NCBI GenBank assembly: GCA_003135935.1
Contig: PNBI01000101.1
Span: forward strand, 1-60,370
Direction: 5' to 3'
DNA: 60,370 bases
From: Methanomassiliicoccaceae archaeon
GTDB taxonomy: Archaea > Thermoplasmatota > Thermoplasmata > Methanomassiliicoccales > UBA472
Position numbers and translations under genes: made by a program
In this document: piece after piece, positions 48,063 to 58,342 of the stretch
Numbering within the stretch: position 1 is the first letter of the stretch
Layout: every line of letters starts with the position of its first letter
Notes under the pieces: model-generated
Database searches by the model: none
What the model saw: the letters and a program-made list of their open reading frames with translations, nothing else
What the model was told of the DNA's origin: nothing

Positions 48063-48830
48063 ATGAGGATGCAGGCGAATACAATCCTGATAACTGGCGG
48101 AGCCACCGGGATCGGTCTCGCATTGGCAGAATCGTTCCTGGAAAGGGGCAATGAGGTCATCGTCTGCGCTCGCACCGAGGAGCATTTGGTTCATGCGAAG
48201 GAAAGGCTGCCGAGGCTGCAAATTCGAAGATGCGACCTTTCCAAGGAGAGCGAACGAAGGGACCTCCACGACTGGACAATCTCCAATTTCCCGGAGATGA
48301 ACGTCCTGATAAACAACGCTGGGATTCAAAGGGTGATTGATTTTAAGAGGGGGCTGGCAGACCTGGACCGCCATCGGGAGGTTGATGAGGAGGATGAGAT
48401 CGAGATCAACTTCAGGGCCTATGTACAAATGGCTGCGGCATTCGTCCCGGACCTCATCAAACAGAAGGAAGCAGCTATCGTGAACGTCTCCTCTGGCCTC
48501 GGCTTCATTCCGCTAACGATTATGCCGGTTTATTGCGCAACCAAGGCAGCAATCCATTCTTTCTCCCTGAGCCTGCGCCACCAGCTAAGCGATACGCCCA
48601 TCAAGGTGTTCGAGATCATCCCGCCAACGGTCGATACTGAGCTTGATAAAGGCGCCAGGGCTTCCAGGGGACAACAGGACCGGGGCATTGCACCAGGCCT
48701 CGTGGCAAAGGAGGCGCTGCCTCGTATGGAGAAGGACGATTACGAGATCGCCATAGGCAGGGCGGGGAACATCAGGGCGGCATCGGGCATCGACTTCGAC
48801 CGGATATTCGCAAATATGAACCACAATTGA
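48063..48830 (+). CDS. short-chain dehydrogenase (DltE-like)
   Basis: TGGATGIG, NNAGIQ, NVSSGL, YCATK. Confidence 0.92.
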   Translation: MRMQANTILITGGATGIGLALAESFLERGNEVIVCARTEEHLVHAKERLPRLQIRRCDLSKESERRDLHDWTISNFPEMNVLINNAGIQRVIDFKRGLADLDRHREVDEEDEIEINFRAYVQMAAAFVPDLIKQKEAAIVNVSSGLGFIPLTIMPVYCATKAAIHSFSLSLRHQLSDTPIKVFEIIPPTVDTELDKGARASRGQQDRGIAPGLVAKEALPRMEKDDYEIAIGRAGNIRAASGIDFDRIFANMNHN

Positions 48831-49685
48831 CTAATTGATAGGGTCGAGCCATTTTGCTGTCAATCGGCCGCTGACTTCCCACAATCGTTGCGCTTCGATC
48901 TGGTCCATGGACTCCGGAGACGACTCCGTCGCCTGCTTCTCGAAGAAATACTTCCCGGTGATGCCTTCGACCTCAGGCGACGAAGCCAGGTAGACAAGCG
49001 TTTCAGCACCCCTCTCGGGCGAGATTAGGAAACGTGACGCTACCGAATAAGCCAGCGTGGCGGCTCGCCCCATCCCACTGCCGATATTGGTGCGAACGGC
49101 TCCAGGATGGAAGCAATTCACGGTGACCCCGCTTCCCGCCAAGCGGCGGGCCAGCTCGAAAGTGAAGAGGGCGTTTGCCAGCTTCGACTGGCCATAAGCC
49201 GCCCAGGAGCGGAAGGATCCCTCCGCCATGAGGTCATCGAAGTCCATGTGGCCTCTGAATTGGGAATAAGAGCTGGTCACGACCACTCTTGAAGGGACGC
49301 TAGCCTTGAGCTTGTCGAGCAGCAAATTTGTCAGGACAAAATGAGATAGATGATTTACTGCGAAGATGGACTCGAATCCGTCGGCAGTTTGTGTTCGCTT
49401 GCCAGAAATAATTCCTGCATTGTTGGCTAAGACGTCGAGCCGATCGTACGATGCCACAAATGCGGCTGCCGCTCTCCTAACAGTATCGAGCGAAGCCAGG
49501 TCGCAGGCAATCATATCGAGATTGCTGTTGCCGGTCATTTCCCTCACCTCGCGCATGGTATCCTTGGCCTTTGTCTCATTACGCGCCAGAATGACGATGT
49601 TTGGGTGCATGTCAGCCAGAGCGATGAAGGCTGCCCGCCCGATGCCAGAGGTCGCTCCTGTCATCAATATGGTTTCGCCCTTCAT
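48831..49685 (-). CDS. short-chain dehydrogenase (retinol dehydrogenase-like)
   Basis: TGATSGIG, NNAG, VNHLSHF, YGQSK, HPGAVRT; start MKGET at 49685. Confidence 0.92.
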   Translation of the reverse strand: MKGETILMTGATSGIGRAAFIALADMHPNIVILARNETKAKDTMREVREMTGNSNLDMIACDLASLDTVRRAAAAFVASYDRLDVLANNAGIISGKRTQTADGFESIFAVNHLSHFVLTNLLLDKLKASVPSRVVVTSSYSQFRGHMDFDDLMAEGSFRSWAAYGQSKLANALFTFELARRLAGSGVTVNCFHPGAVRTNIGSGMGRAATLAYSVASRFLISPERGAETLVYLASSPEVEGITGKYFFEKQATESSPESMDQIEAQRLWEVSGRLTAKWLDPIN

Positions 49686-49710
49686 CGCTTCAGATTTCAA
49701 GTACCTCACC

Positions 49711-50088
49711 TTAGGTCTTGTTCCGACGTAGGTCGTCCTGCATCTGCAGATATTGCTCTCTGGTGATTTCACCGCGGGCATATCTGGCATCCAGGATTTG
49801 TTCTGGCCCCAGTTCTCTCTGAAGAGGTCCATTCTGCCAATTGAACCGAGAATATCTGTAGGGCTGATAGCCGCGTCCGACCCAGACAATGATGCGGACG
49901 ATGAACATGACGATCAGAATCGTGATGATAATGCCGAATACCCAAAAGGGAAAGTATCGCGTCCCCGTCATCATGCCCGAATCGGTCGAGCCCAATACAA
50001 TGAATATGAGGAGGACGGCGAAGATGGCGATCACGAGGGCCGAGATAGCCAGGCCGAGCGCCCTCGACGAAGTTCGGTTCATGCGCAT
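49711..50088 (-). CDS. two-TM membrane protein with SHOCT domain
   Basis: Two hydrophobic helices; ILDARYARGEITREQY. Confidence 0.85.
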   Translation of the reverse strand: MRMNRTSSRALGLAISALVIAIFAVLLIFIVLGSTDSGMMTGTRYFPFWVFGIIITILIVMFIVRIIVWVGRGYQPYRYSRFNWQNGPLQRELGPEQILDARYARGEITREQYLQMQDDLRRNKT

Positions 50089-50170
50089 GCTTTGAGAGCA
50101 GGTCCTAGATAAATCTGATTTCCCGTTAGGTTGATCCGTTTGCAGAGGGCGAGCCAAGCCCTCCATTTTC

Positions 50171-52702
50171 TCAATACTTCATGTGGATATAGAAAAAGTG
50201 CTTGGCTATCTCATCGCTGGCGATGTACCCAACCACGATCAGACCCAGAAGTCCCAGGAACTCAAGTGGCAAGGACTGGAAGCCGAACAGGCCAAAGGGA
50301 GTGACATAGGGAAGGGTCAGCGTCACCATAGCCACCACCATCGTCGCCACTAGCAAGTACTTGCCTGGTCGGCTCCTGAGGAAAGGTCGGCGAGTGCGTA
50401 TCACCAGCACTATGATCGCTGCCGATATTACGGATTCTACGAACCATCCGGTTTGGAACTGCGCCTCCGAAGTTCCGAGAATGAAGATCAGGGCACCGAA
50501 GGTGATGAAATCGAAGATGGAGCTGATTAGACCGAAGACCAGCATGAACCTGCGAATGAAGGCCATATCCCATCGTCTCGGTCGCTCCACCATCTCAGGG
50601 TCGACATTGTCCCTCGCGATTGTCGTCTCCGGGAGGTCGGTCAGCAGGTTGGTTAAGAGTACTTGCTTGGGAAGCAGGGGGAGGAAGTTCAGGAAAAGTG
50701 AAGCTCCTGCCATGCTGAACATATTGCCAAAGTTTGCGCTCGTCGCCATGAAAACGTATTTCATGGTGTTGGCGAAAGTCGATCTTCCCTCCCTTACTCC
50801 GTCCAACAGAACTTCGAGGTCCTTCTCCAGGAGCACGATGTCCGCTGCCTCCTTGGCAACGTCCACCCCGCTTTCCACTGAGATACCCACATCTGCCGCA
50901 TGAAGGGCGGACGCGTCATTGATCCCATCCCCCATATAGCCCACGACATTGCCGCTCTTCTTGAGGGCCAGTATGATGCGTTCCTTCTGATTCGGCTCCA
51001 GTTCGGCGAAGATGTCAACCTCGTTCACTTGTCTCAAAAGTGCTTCGTCGCTCGTCTGTCGCAATTCCTGGCCAGTGAGCACCTTCGCATCTTTGATCCC
51101 CACCTGGTCAGCCACTGACCTGGCCACTACGGCATTGTCGCCCGTGATTACCTTCAGGCTGACTCCCAGGCCTTTGAGCTCGTTCAGGGTCTTCTCCAGA
51201 CCGGGTTTGGGCGGATCGAACAGAACCACGAAACCAAGGAATATCATTTCCATTTCTGATTCCTTAGAAATCTTGTCGACCTTTCCCACGTCTTTGTAGG
51301 CCAGCCCAAGCGCTCGGTAACCTTTCTTGCCCAGATCATCGAATAATCGGTGTATTCCTGGTCCGGCAGTATGGATGTCTCCGATCACGCCCTGCGCGTC
51401 TTCTGCCTTTGTGCATACCTCCAAGATATTTTGGTATGCCCCCTTGCTGATCATCAGGTTCTCGCCGTCCTTGGCGCGTACCAGGACGCTCAGTCTCTTT
51501 CGAATGAAATCGTATGGAACCTCGTCCAACTTTTGATAACCACTCTCTCCGAGAGGCACTGCCTTCCGGATGGCCTCGTCTATGGGGTTCAAGAAGCCCG
51601 TTTGATAATTCGAGTTTAGGCTGGCAAACACCCGAACCTTGTTACTCTCTTTTCCCTCGCCATCGACCGTCCCTTGGAGGTTCACTATCGCCTGGGTAAG
51701 TGTGCCGGTCTTGTCTGAGCAGAGAACGTTCATGCTCCCGAAGTTCTCGATCGATGCCAGACGTTTAACGACAACCTTCGATTCCGCCATTTTCCGTGCG
51801 CCATGGGCTAAATTGATGCTCACGATAGCTGGAAGGAGTTGCGGGGTGAGCCCAACGGCCAACGCCAATGAGAAAAGGAAGGATTGGAGGATCGGTTTCT
51901 GAAGCAGCACGTTGATGGCGAAGATGACGATTACCAGGACCAAGGTAATCTCCATGAGCATGAAGCCGAATCGTTTGATCCCAGCTTCGAATTCCGTCTC
52001 TGGGGCGCGTAGTCGCAGCGAGTCTGACACTTTCCCGAACTCGGTCGTTCGGCCTGTATGGACAACGAGCGCAGTCGCGGTGCCGCTGACCACATGCGTG
52101 CCCATAAACAGCGAATTGCTCCTCTTATTGAGCGCGGTCTCTGGAGTAAGATGGCCTTCCAGTTTTTCAACTGGATAGGTCTCCCCCGTCAAAGTTGCTT
52201 CATCGACGAATAGGTCTGTCGATTCAAGGATGCGGGAGTCACTGGGAATGATATCTCCCGCCGCCAGCGTCAATATGTCGCCAGGCACCACGTCTTCCGT
52301 CGATATTATCTTCTCTGCACTGTCTCGAATCACGGACGCCTTGGTTTGGACTATGGAAAGCAACTTCGAGATTACATCGGTCGCCTTCCTTTCCTGCCAG
52401 AAGCCAAGCAAACCGCTGATGATCACGATGGAGATGATGATTATGGCATCGGTAGCGTCTCCCAGGAAAGCCGAGATTATGGCTGCGATCAGCAGTATGA
52501 TGATAAGGGGACTTTTGAATTGGTTAAGGAAGAGGGTCAGCGGGCCAGCCTTTCTCTTTGCTTTGAGCGAATTCGGGCCATAAGTGGAGAGCCTTTTTAT
52601 AGCCTCATCCTCTGTCAGTCCGGTTTTCCGGTCAGTCTTCAAAGAGGCCAACAAATCGGAGTCGTCTTCGGACCAGAATTGCTTCGCGCTCTCATCCATC
52701 AT
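50171..52702 (-). CDS. mgtA: Mg2+-translocating P-type ATPase
   Basis: LTGET, LAVGLTPQLLP, DKTGTLT, GDGIND, SANFGNMFS, FQTGWFVES. Confidence 0.92.
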   Translation of the reverse strand: MMDESAKQFWSEDDSDLLASLKTDRKTGLTEDEAIKRLSTYGPNSLKAKRKAGPLTLFLNQFKSPLIIILLIAAIISAFLGDATDAIIIISIVIISGLLGFWQERKATDVISKLLSIVQTKASVIRDSAEKIISTEDVVPGDILTLAAGDIIPSDSRILESTDLFVDEATLTGETYPVEKLEGHLTPETALNKRSNSLFMGTHVVSGTATALVVHTGRTTEFGKVSDSLRLRAPETEFEAGIKRFGFMLMEITLVLVIVIFAINVLLQKPILQSFLFSLALAVGLTPQLLPAIVSINLAHGARKMAESKVVVKRLASIENFGSMNVLCSDKTGTLTQAIVNLQGTVDGEGKESNKVRVFASLNSNYQTGFLNPIDEAIRKAVPLGESGYQKLDEVPYDFIRKRLSVLVRAKDGENLMISKGAYQNILEVCTKAEDAQGVIGDIHTAGPGIHRLFDDLGKKGYRALGLAYKDVGKVDKISKESEMEMIFLGFVVLFDPPKPGLEKTLNELKGLGVSLKVITGDNAVVARSVADQVGIKDAKVLTGQELRQTSDEALLRQVNEVDIFAELEPNQKERIILALKKSGNVVGYMGDGINDASALHAADVGISVESGVDVAKEAADIVLLEKDLEVLLDGVREGRSTFANTMKYVFMATSANFGNMFSMAGASLFLNFLPLLPKQVLLTNLLTDLPETTIARDNVDPEMVERPRRWDMAFIRRFMLVFGLISSIFDFITFGALIFILGTSEAQFQTGWFVESVISAAIIVLVIRTRRPFLRSRPGKYLLVATMVVAMVTLTLPYVTPFGLFGFQSLPLEFLGLLGLIVVGYIASDEIAKHFFYIHMKY

Positions 52703-52827
52703 TCACTTCTCCATCGTAGAACTGAATATAGACTTGAGCCACCTATATTTGAGGATGATATTCGATTGAATTTCGGCTCATATTTTACTTGTCTCGCGTC
52801 GAATCGAATGTAAATGATACGGGGCAA

Positions 52828-53229
52828 TTACAAAGGTCGTGTCGGTTGCCAGAGGCCTAAGATATTGCCTTCTGTGTCTTCGAAGTAAGCATAAATTCCC
52901 ATATCTGCCATTGCAGTCTTGGGCACCGATATCTTTCCGCCCGACTTCTTGACTTCCTCTATTGCTTTATCGACATTATCCACGACGATGGTGATGATCG
53001 GGTGCTTGAGCGGGCCCATGCGGTTGATGATGCCCCCGTTGATCGCTCCCTTCTCTTGCAACATGCCGTGCTCATCGGTCTGCGCCGTTGTCGCCATGAC
53101 GTAGTCCTGACCTGGCGCCCCACCAGGCACTGAGCGGATAGCCCAGCCAAAAGCTTCGGAATAGAACTTTTTGGCGCGATCCACCCTGTCCACTGGTATC
53201 TCGAAATGCATGACTTTCCCCTTAATCAT
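52828..53229 (-). CDS. VOC/glyoxalase family protein
   Basis: HFEIP...FYSEAFGW, INGG, FEDTEGNILGLW. Confidence 0.92.
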   Translation of the reverse strand: MIKGKVMHFEIPVDRVDRAKKFYSEAFGWAIRSVPGGAPGQDYVMATTAQTDEHGMLQEKGAINGGIINRMGPLKHPIITIVVDNVDKAIEEVKKSGGKISVPKTAMADMGIYAYFEDTEGNILGLWQPTRPL

Positions 53230-53482
53230 GATAACACCAATTGCCGAACTCCGGAGCGACGGGTACTTAGAGGTTACCAGACGAATTCTCGGATTATTGA
53301 TGAAATCTCATATGTGACTGGAAAACTTGACGGGATCCGATCAGCGAAATGCGACGGCTGGAATATCTTGGACGGAAACTGAAGCCGCCAGAATTTGTGG
53401 AGTTGCGATAGGATCCTTTGATCGCCTTTGAGTGTTAGCGCGCGCCATCCAATAAATTGGTCGAGATGATTCAAATTGAGGC

Positions 53483-53953
53483 TCAAACTGATTTCGGAAG
53501 ACCTTTCACCAGGTCAGCTGCCCAGGCTTTTGCTTTCTCCGCCTCACCGTCTTTCATCTGATATCGATCAGTCTTGCCCTCCACATAGGAGATAAGTGGG
53601 GGCGAGACCAGTTTGAAGCCCAACTCACTAAGCTTGGCCTCTATGGCCTTGGTGGCATTCCCGCTGATCCTCATTTGTATCTGAGTGTCGAAAGCAGCAG
53701 CCATCTTGCCTGACTTGGAATCACTAGCCAGGCTTTCAAGGAACTTCATTATCTCCTTGGTCGGTTTCCACGCCATCGTGGGAGAGCCAACTATGATGCA
53801 GCCATAGCCTTTGACTGCCTCAGGTTTGACCTCCTTGTAGAAGAAACAGTCAACCTCTGCTCCATGCTCCTTCAACGAATCCGCAATGATCTTCGCTACC
53901 TTCTCCGTCATCTTCGTTGCCGAGACAGAATCATAAACAACTAGGGTCTTCAT
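53483..53953 (-). CDS. flavodoxin-domain protein
   Basis: LVVYDS...TEKVA, IVGSPT, AAFDT. Confidence 0.88.
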   Translation of the reverse strand: MKTLVVYDSVSATKMTEKVAKIIADSLKEHGAEVDCFFYKEVKPEAVKGYGCIIVGSPTMAWKPTKEIMKFLESLASDSKSGKMAAAFDTQIQMRISGNATKAIEAKLSELGFKLVSPPLISYVEGKTDRYQMKDGEAEKAKAWAADLVKGLPKSV

Positions 53954-54241
53954 GGATTTCCCTCAAAGATGGAATGATTCATGCTTTGTGGGGACTTAAT
54001 GTTTGTCTTGTTAGTGCGCTGGCCTTCGTGAGATCGGTCCCGTTTCCGGGAAGACAAGCTGACCAAGTCCCGAGCCATTTTCGAGGAATTTTCATATGCT
54101 GGCCCGCATTATCAAAGGTTTTCCTCCGAAAACGCACACTCGCAACCGTCGTCTTTATTAACTAGAAGTCCATGGCTTAAGCAATCACAAGGGTTCGAAA
54201 GGATTTTTGGGATTATATAACAACATAGGTAGATTAGTAAT

Positions 54242-54424
54242 ATGTATGGAAAAGAGAGATCGGGCGGCTACGGTCGCCCAAGAAACGATGGACCGCGCGA
54301 GATGCACGACGTAACATGTTCCGACTGCGGAGCACAAACTCAGGTACCTTTCAAGCCGACAGAGGGCAGGCCTGTATATTGCAGGGACTGCTTCCAGAAG
54401 CACAAGCCGAAGGACCGATTCTAA
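54242..54424 (+). CDS. CxxC-x17-CxxC domain protein
   Basis: CSDC-GAQTQVPFKPTEGRPVY(17)-CRDC after an R/G-rich N-terminus. Confidence 0.92.
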   Translation: MYGKERSGGYGRPRNDGPREMHDVTCSDCGAQTQVPFKPTEGRPVYCRDCFQKHKPKDRF

Positions 54425-54451
54425 ACCGGCCTAACGGCCTAATTCCTCAAA

Positions 54452-54473
54452 TTTTTTCATTTTCTTATTTTTT
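54452..54473 (+). terminator. archaeal-type oligo(T) intrinsic terminator
   Basis: TTTTTTCATTTTCTTATTTTTT about 28 nt after the stop of 54242-54424. Confidence 0.6.
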
Positions 54474-54560
54474 ATCCAATTATTTGCATCCTGGATTCTT
54501 TAGCAAGCTATCCTTTATTATTGATTATACTGTCGGCGAAAAAAGAAACGCTTTAAAGCG

Positions 54561-56396
54561 ATGCGGCTATGGCGTGATGTGCTCATCAAGGCTCGGGGCG
54601 TCTCCAAATCGTTCGGACCTAAAGAAGTCCTCCGATCTGTTGATGTCGAAATAGCGCCGGGCGAGCGGTGGGTTTTGCTTGGGCCGAACGGCGCTGGCAA
54701 GTCGACTTTACTTAAGATCCTCATGGGTGAGATCAAGCCCGACCTTGGAGAGATAACAAAACAAACGGACAAGATCCAATATCTGCCGCAGTTCCAAGAA
54801 ATTGGAGAGACAACGGTCGAGGACGCATGCATTGATCCATGGGCTTCAGCGACGCAAAGGAGGTTGGAGAAACTGGAGGCGCTCATGGCGAACTCGGCGA
54901 GCATTGCGGAGCTCGACCTCGGCGATATAGCATCCGAATATGGCCAATTGCAAGAGGAACTGACTTCGCGAAGGACGCACGAGGTCGATGAAAAGAGAAG
55001 GGCCGCGCTCGAACGGGTCGGAATGTCGGAGCGCTCTGGTGATGACAAGATATCGGAGCTCAGCGGAGGAGAACGGACGCGAATCATGTTGGCAAGGGTC
55101 CTGATGCAAGCGGACGATGCCGACCTCATCATCTTAGACGAACCGACCAGTCATCTGGACATCGAGGCAGTGGAATCGCTCGAGGAGTACCTTTGCGGTT
55201 TTAACGGAGCAGTCCTAGTGGTCTCCCATGACCGGTACTTCATGGACCAGGTGGTCAATCGCGTCTGGGACCTGGACGAGGGGAAGGTCACCAGTTACCG
55301 AGGCAATTACACCGAATTCGCGGGAAAGAAGATGCTAGAGATCGAAAGGAAGAGAATTGCCAGCCAGAAAAATCAGACCGAGCGGGAGCGGATGCTGAAG
55401 ATCGCCGAGGAACAGCATCTGCGGCTGAGGTTCGCCCATACGCATAAGACCCGCTTGAAAATGGTAGATAGGATGGAGGACATTCAAGCCCCAACGGAGC
55501 AGAAGAGGATGTCGATCAATGTCCCAACGGTCGCGAAGTCTGGCAAGAACTTCGTGACATTGAAGCAGCTAGTTGTATTTCGCGGAAACAAAAAGGTGCT
55601 CGACGGCGTCGATCTGGACCTCACGGTCGGGGACAAGCTGGGAATCTTCGGCCCGAACGGCTCCGGGAAGACCACGCTCTTGAAAGCCTTGATCGGGGAG
55701 ATACCACATAAAGGCGAATTCTGGATTGCACCGGGCGCGAAGGTTGGCTATTTTGCTCAAGGGCACGACAACCTCGATGAGAAGCTAACCCCGGAGGAAC
55801 AGATGCTCGCGGCGGTGGGTGAGGAGGAGAAGGGGAAAGCCCGGAGCCTGCTTTCCAGATTCCAGTTATGCGCCGAGCACGTCGTTACCCCGATAGGCAA
55901 ATTGTCCGGAGGGGAGAGGGCCAGGGTTTCTTTGGCGCTCCTCATCAGCGAGAAGAGGAATCTTCTCCTGCTCGATGAGCCGACGAATTACCTTGACATC
56001 CTTTCGAGAGAGGCGGTCGAAGATGCGCTTCGCGAATACAAAGGAGTGATGATCCTGGTCACTCATGACCGCTATCTCTTGGATGCGGTCTGCAATAAGG
56101 TCGGGGAGCTTAGGGCAGGAAAGATCAGCGTCTTTAACGGCACCTATTCCCAATTGAAGGGCCAGATCGCCCATGAAACCACATTCTCAGATGCGAACGT
56201 CTATCGCGTCGTTTCCGGGTTCACCGAATGGACCACCAGGAAGAAGTATAGAGAAGGGGACAAGGTCGCGATCGCGCCGGCGGAGATCGAGATCTACAGG
56301 TGGGCATTGGATAATGGGAAGCTGAAACGCGTCCCTGGGAGGGAGGTCAAGCGAGTGAAACGCCTTCCCATGGAAGAAAGGAACGTTGAGAACTGA
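54561..56396 (+). CDS. ABC-F family ATPase with an extra C-terminal domain
   Basis: Two ABC cassettes (GPNGAGKS/LSGGE/DEPTSHLD; GPNGSGKT/LSGGE/DEPTNYLD), no TM segments; start may be GTG 54579. Confidence 0.93.
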   Translation: MRLWRDVLIKARGVSKSFGPKEVLRSVDVEIAPGERWVLLGPNGAGKSTLLKILMGEIKPDLGEITKQTDKIQYLPQFQEIGETTVEDACIDPWASATQRRLEKLEALMANSASIAELDLGDIASEYGQLQEELTSRRTHEVDEKRRAALERVGMSERSGDDKISELSGGERTRIMLARVLMQADDADLIILDEPTSHLDIEAVESLEEYLCGFNGAVLVVSHDRYFMDQVVNRVWDLDEGKVTSYRGNYTEFAGKKMLEIERKRIASQKNQTERERMLKIAEEQHLRLRFAHTHKTRLKMVDRMEDIQAPTEQKRMSINVPTVAKSGKNFVTLKQLVVFRGNKKVLDGVDLDLTVGDKLGIFGPNGSGKTTLLKALIGEIPHKGEFWIAPGAKVGYFAQGHDNLDEKLTPEEQMLAAVGEEEKGKARSLLSRFQLCAEHVVTPIGKLSGGERARVSLALLISEKRNLLLLDEPTNYLDILSREAVEDALREYKGVMILVTHDRYLLDAVCNKVGELRAGKISVFNGTYSQLKGQIAHETTFSDANVYRVVSGFTEWTTRKKYREGDKVAIAPAEIEIYRWALDNGKLKRVPGREVKRVKRLPMEERNVEN

Positions 56397-56483
56397 TTGG
56401 CATATCTCGTTACTCGTTCGACTTGCTTTGTGAATTCTCTCTAGAGGAAAAGGATAAGTCCCGGCATCTCCTGTTCGACGATT

Positions 56484-57341
56484 ATGGGCCGCCTGACCCC
56501 GCTTTACAGCGCACTCTTCAAGCGCTCCTTTGACAAGCGGTTTCGAATGGCCAAAATGACGCGACTCCCGGTACTCGGCCGAGCCATGGAATTCGCGTTC
56601 TTCGAGAACGACGACATCATCATTCTTCCGAAGGACGAGGTCGCCAAAGCGTCGCTTGAGAAGAAGCGAACGATAATGATGGGCAAACCGGTCGAGCCAA
56701 GCAGCATCATGCTGCCCTCGAAGGTAATCGAACACTTCATCTCGATTTCTCGCTACATCTTCTTAATGGACCACTGTATGTGCAGAAATTCTAGCGGATG
56801 CAAGGACTATCCCGCCGACCTAGGGTGCATCTTCTTGGGGCGGGGGACTCTAAAGATACCTGAGAGCATGGGCCATATGGTCACGAGGGAAGAAGCGCTC
56901 GATCACCTCCGTAAATGCCGGGAGGCTGGACTGGTCCATTTGATCGGCAGGGACAAGATCGACAGCGTCTGGCTTGGCACTGGCGGCAAGGAGAACCTGC
57001 TCTCGATCTGCAGTTGTTGCCCCTGCTGCTGCATATGGAAGATGCTCCCAGACCTGGCGGCCTCGATCAGCGCGACGGTGACCAGGATGCCCGGCGTCCT
57101 GGTGAAAGTTGAGGCGGAGCAATGTAGCGGTTGCGGGGCTTGCGTGAAGAAGGGGATCTGTTACCTGAATGCCATCCAACTAATGGACGGGAAGGCCGAC
57201 ATAGGCGAAGGGTGTCGAGGCTGCGGCAGATGTGTTGAGTTTTGCCCCAGCAATGCGATAAGGCTGCATATCGAGAATAGCGATTTTCTGATCGCAGCTA
57301 TCAAACGAATCGAGCCTCTGGTGGATGTGGTGTCCGAATGA
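56484..57341 (+). CDS. 4Fe-4S binding protein
   Basis: CMCR...C...GCIF, ICSCCPCCC, CSGCGAC...C, CRGCGRCVEFCP. Confidence 0.9.
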   Translation: MGRLTPLYSALFKRSFDKRFRMAKMTRLPVLGRAMEFAFFENDDIIILPKDEVAKASLEKKRTIMMGKPVEPSSIMLPSKVIEHFISISRYIFLMDHCMCRNSSGCKDYPADLGCIFLGRGTLKIPESMGHMVTREEALDHLRKCREAGLVHLIGRDKIDSVWLGTGGKENLLSICSCCPCCCIWKMLPDLAASISATVTRMPGVLVKVEAEQCSGCGACVKKGICYLNAIQLMDGKADIGEGCRGCGRCVEFCPSNAIRLHIENSDFLIAAIKRIEPLVDVVSE

Positions 57342-57351
57342 GAGTGCGCCA

Positions 57352-57726
57352 ATGAAATGTCAGCAGTGCGCCAAATGTTGCGAGGAGACGCTCATGGAGC
57401 TGTCTGTCAAGGACTTGCAACGCCTTGAGCAATCTGGCTATCATAGGGAGGAGATTGCGGAGAAAGGGGCGGACGGGATCTGGAGGCTGCGCAATGTGGA
57501 AGGGCATTGCGTCTTCCTCGAGCCGAAGGAAAGGAGATGCACGGTCTACATCATGAGGCCACTTGGCTGCTACATTTACCCACTGAACCTCAGTCCAGAT
57601 GGCGTCCTAGTTGTTGACTCAATTTGCCCGGCTGGCGAGTCAATGACCGCAGATGAGAGGAAGAAGAAGGCCGCTTTGCTTCGCCGCCATCTCCGCGAGA
57701 TCGATTCGCAAGCAAGGCTCAAATGA
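57352..57726 (+). CDS. YkgJ-family cysteine cluster protein
   Basis: CQQCAKCC, CVFL, CTVYIMRPLGCYIYP. Confidence 0.9.
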   Translation: MKCQQCAKCCEETLMELSVKDLQRLEQSGYHREEIAEKGADGIWRLRNVEGHCVFLEPKERRCTVYIMRPLGCYIYPLNLSPDGVLVVDSICPAGESMTADERKKKAALLRRHLREIDSQARLK

Positions 57727-57734
57727 TCTTGCGA

Positions 57735-58244
57735 TCACCACTTATTATAATGCACCCTCTGTTCCTGATAACGGTCCTGCGCCGCCACAGTCTTGGCTGG
57801 ATGTCCGATAACTACCAGGCCGAGGGGGATAACGTTCTCGGGCAGGCCGAACAGTTTCTGTAATCCTGCCACTCTGTCCGGCATCGGATGGGCTCCGGTC
57901 CATACCGCACCAAGACCCTTTTCATGGGCGGCAAGCAACAGGCACATGATAGCTGCCGAGCCGTCCTGCACCCAGAACCCGGGATACTTCTCTTTGGTCG
58001 TATCTCCGCAGACCAGGATGGCCAGCCTCGCCTGCTTGCACATTGCCGCATATGGGCTCACGCTCGGGATCTGGTCTAGCGTGCTTCTGTCATCGACAAC
58101 GACGAATTGCCACGGCTGCCCATTCCCCGCAGAGGGGGCGCTCATCGCCGCTCGCAACAGCTCATTGATCATTTCTGAAGAGACAGTTTCATCCGTATAT
58201 TGGCGAATGCTCCTTCGCGTGCGTATGGCTTCTAGGGTGTTCAT
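57735..58244 (-). CDS. nitroreductase family protein
   Basis: RRSIRQY, APSAGNGQPWQFVVV, GLGAVW. Confidence 0.95.
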   Translation of the reverse strand: MNTLEAIRTRRSIRQYTDETVSSEMINELLRAAMSAPSAGNGQPWQFVVVDDRSTLDQIPSVSPYAAMCKQARLAILVCGDTTKEKYPGFWVQDGSAAIMCLLLAAHEKGLGAVWTGAHPMPDRVAGLQKLFGLPENVIPLGLVVIGHPAKTVAAQDRYQEQRVHYNKW

Positions 58245-58342
58245 TCTCGACCTCTATGGTTTAAGTCAACCACTGATAGTAAATCCTATCGCATCTTCGA
58301 TAGCACAGCCTTTTTCTACCTGGTTCTAGCCTTAACAAGCAA

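Noticed and set aside
54185..54403. 72-aa minus-strand ORF
   Set aside because: Antisense shadow of the clearly recognisable CxxC-x17-CxxC gene.
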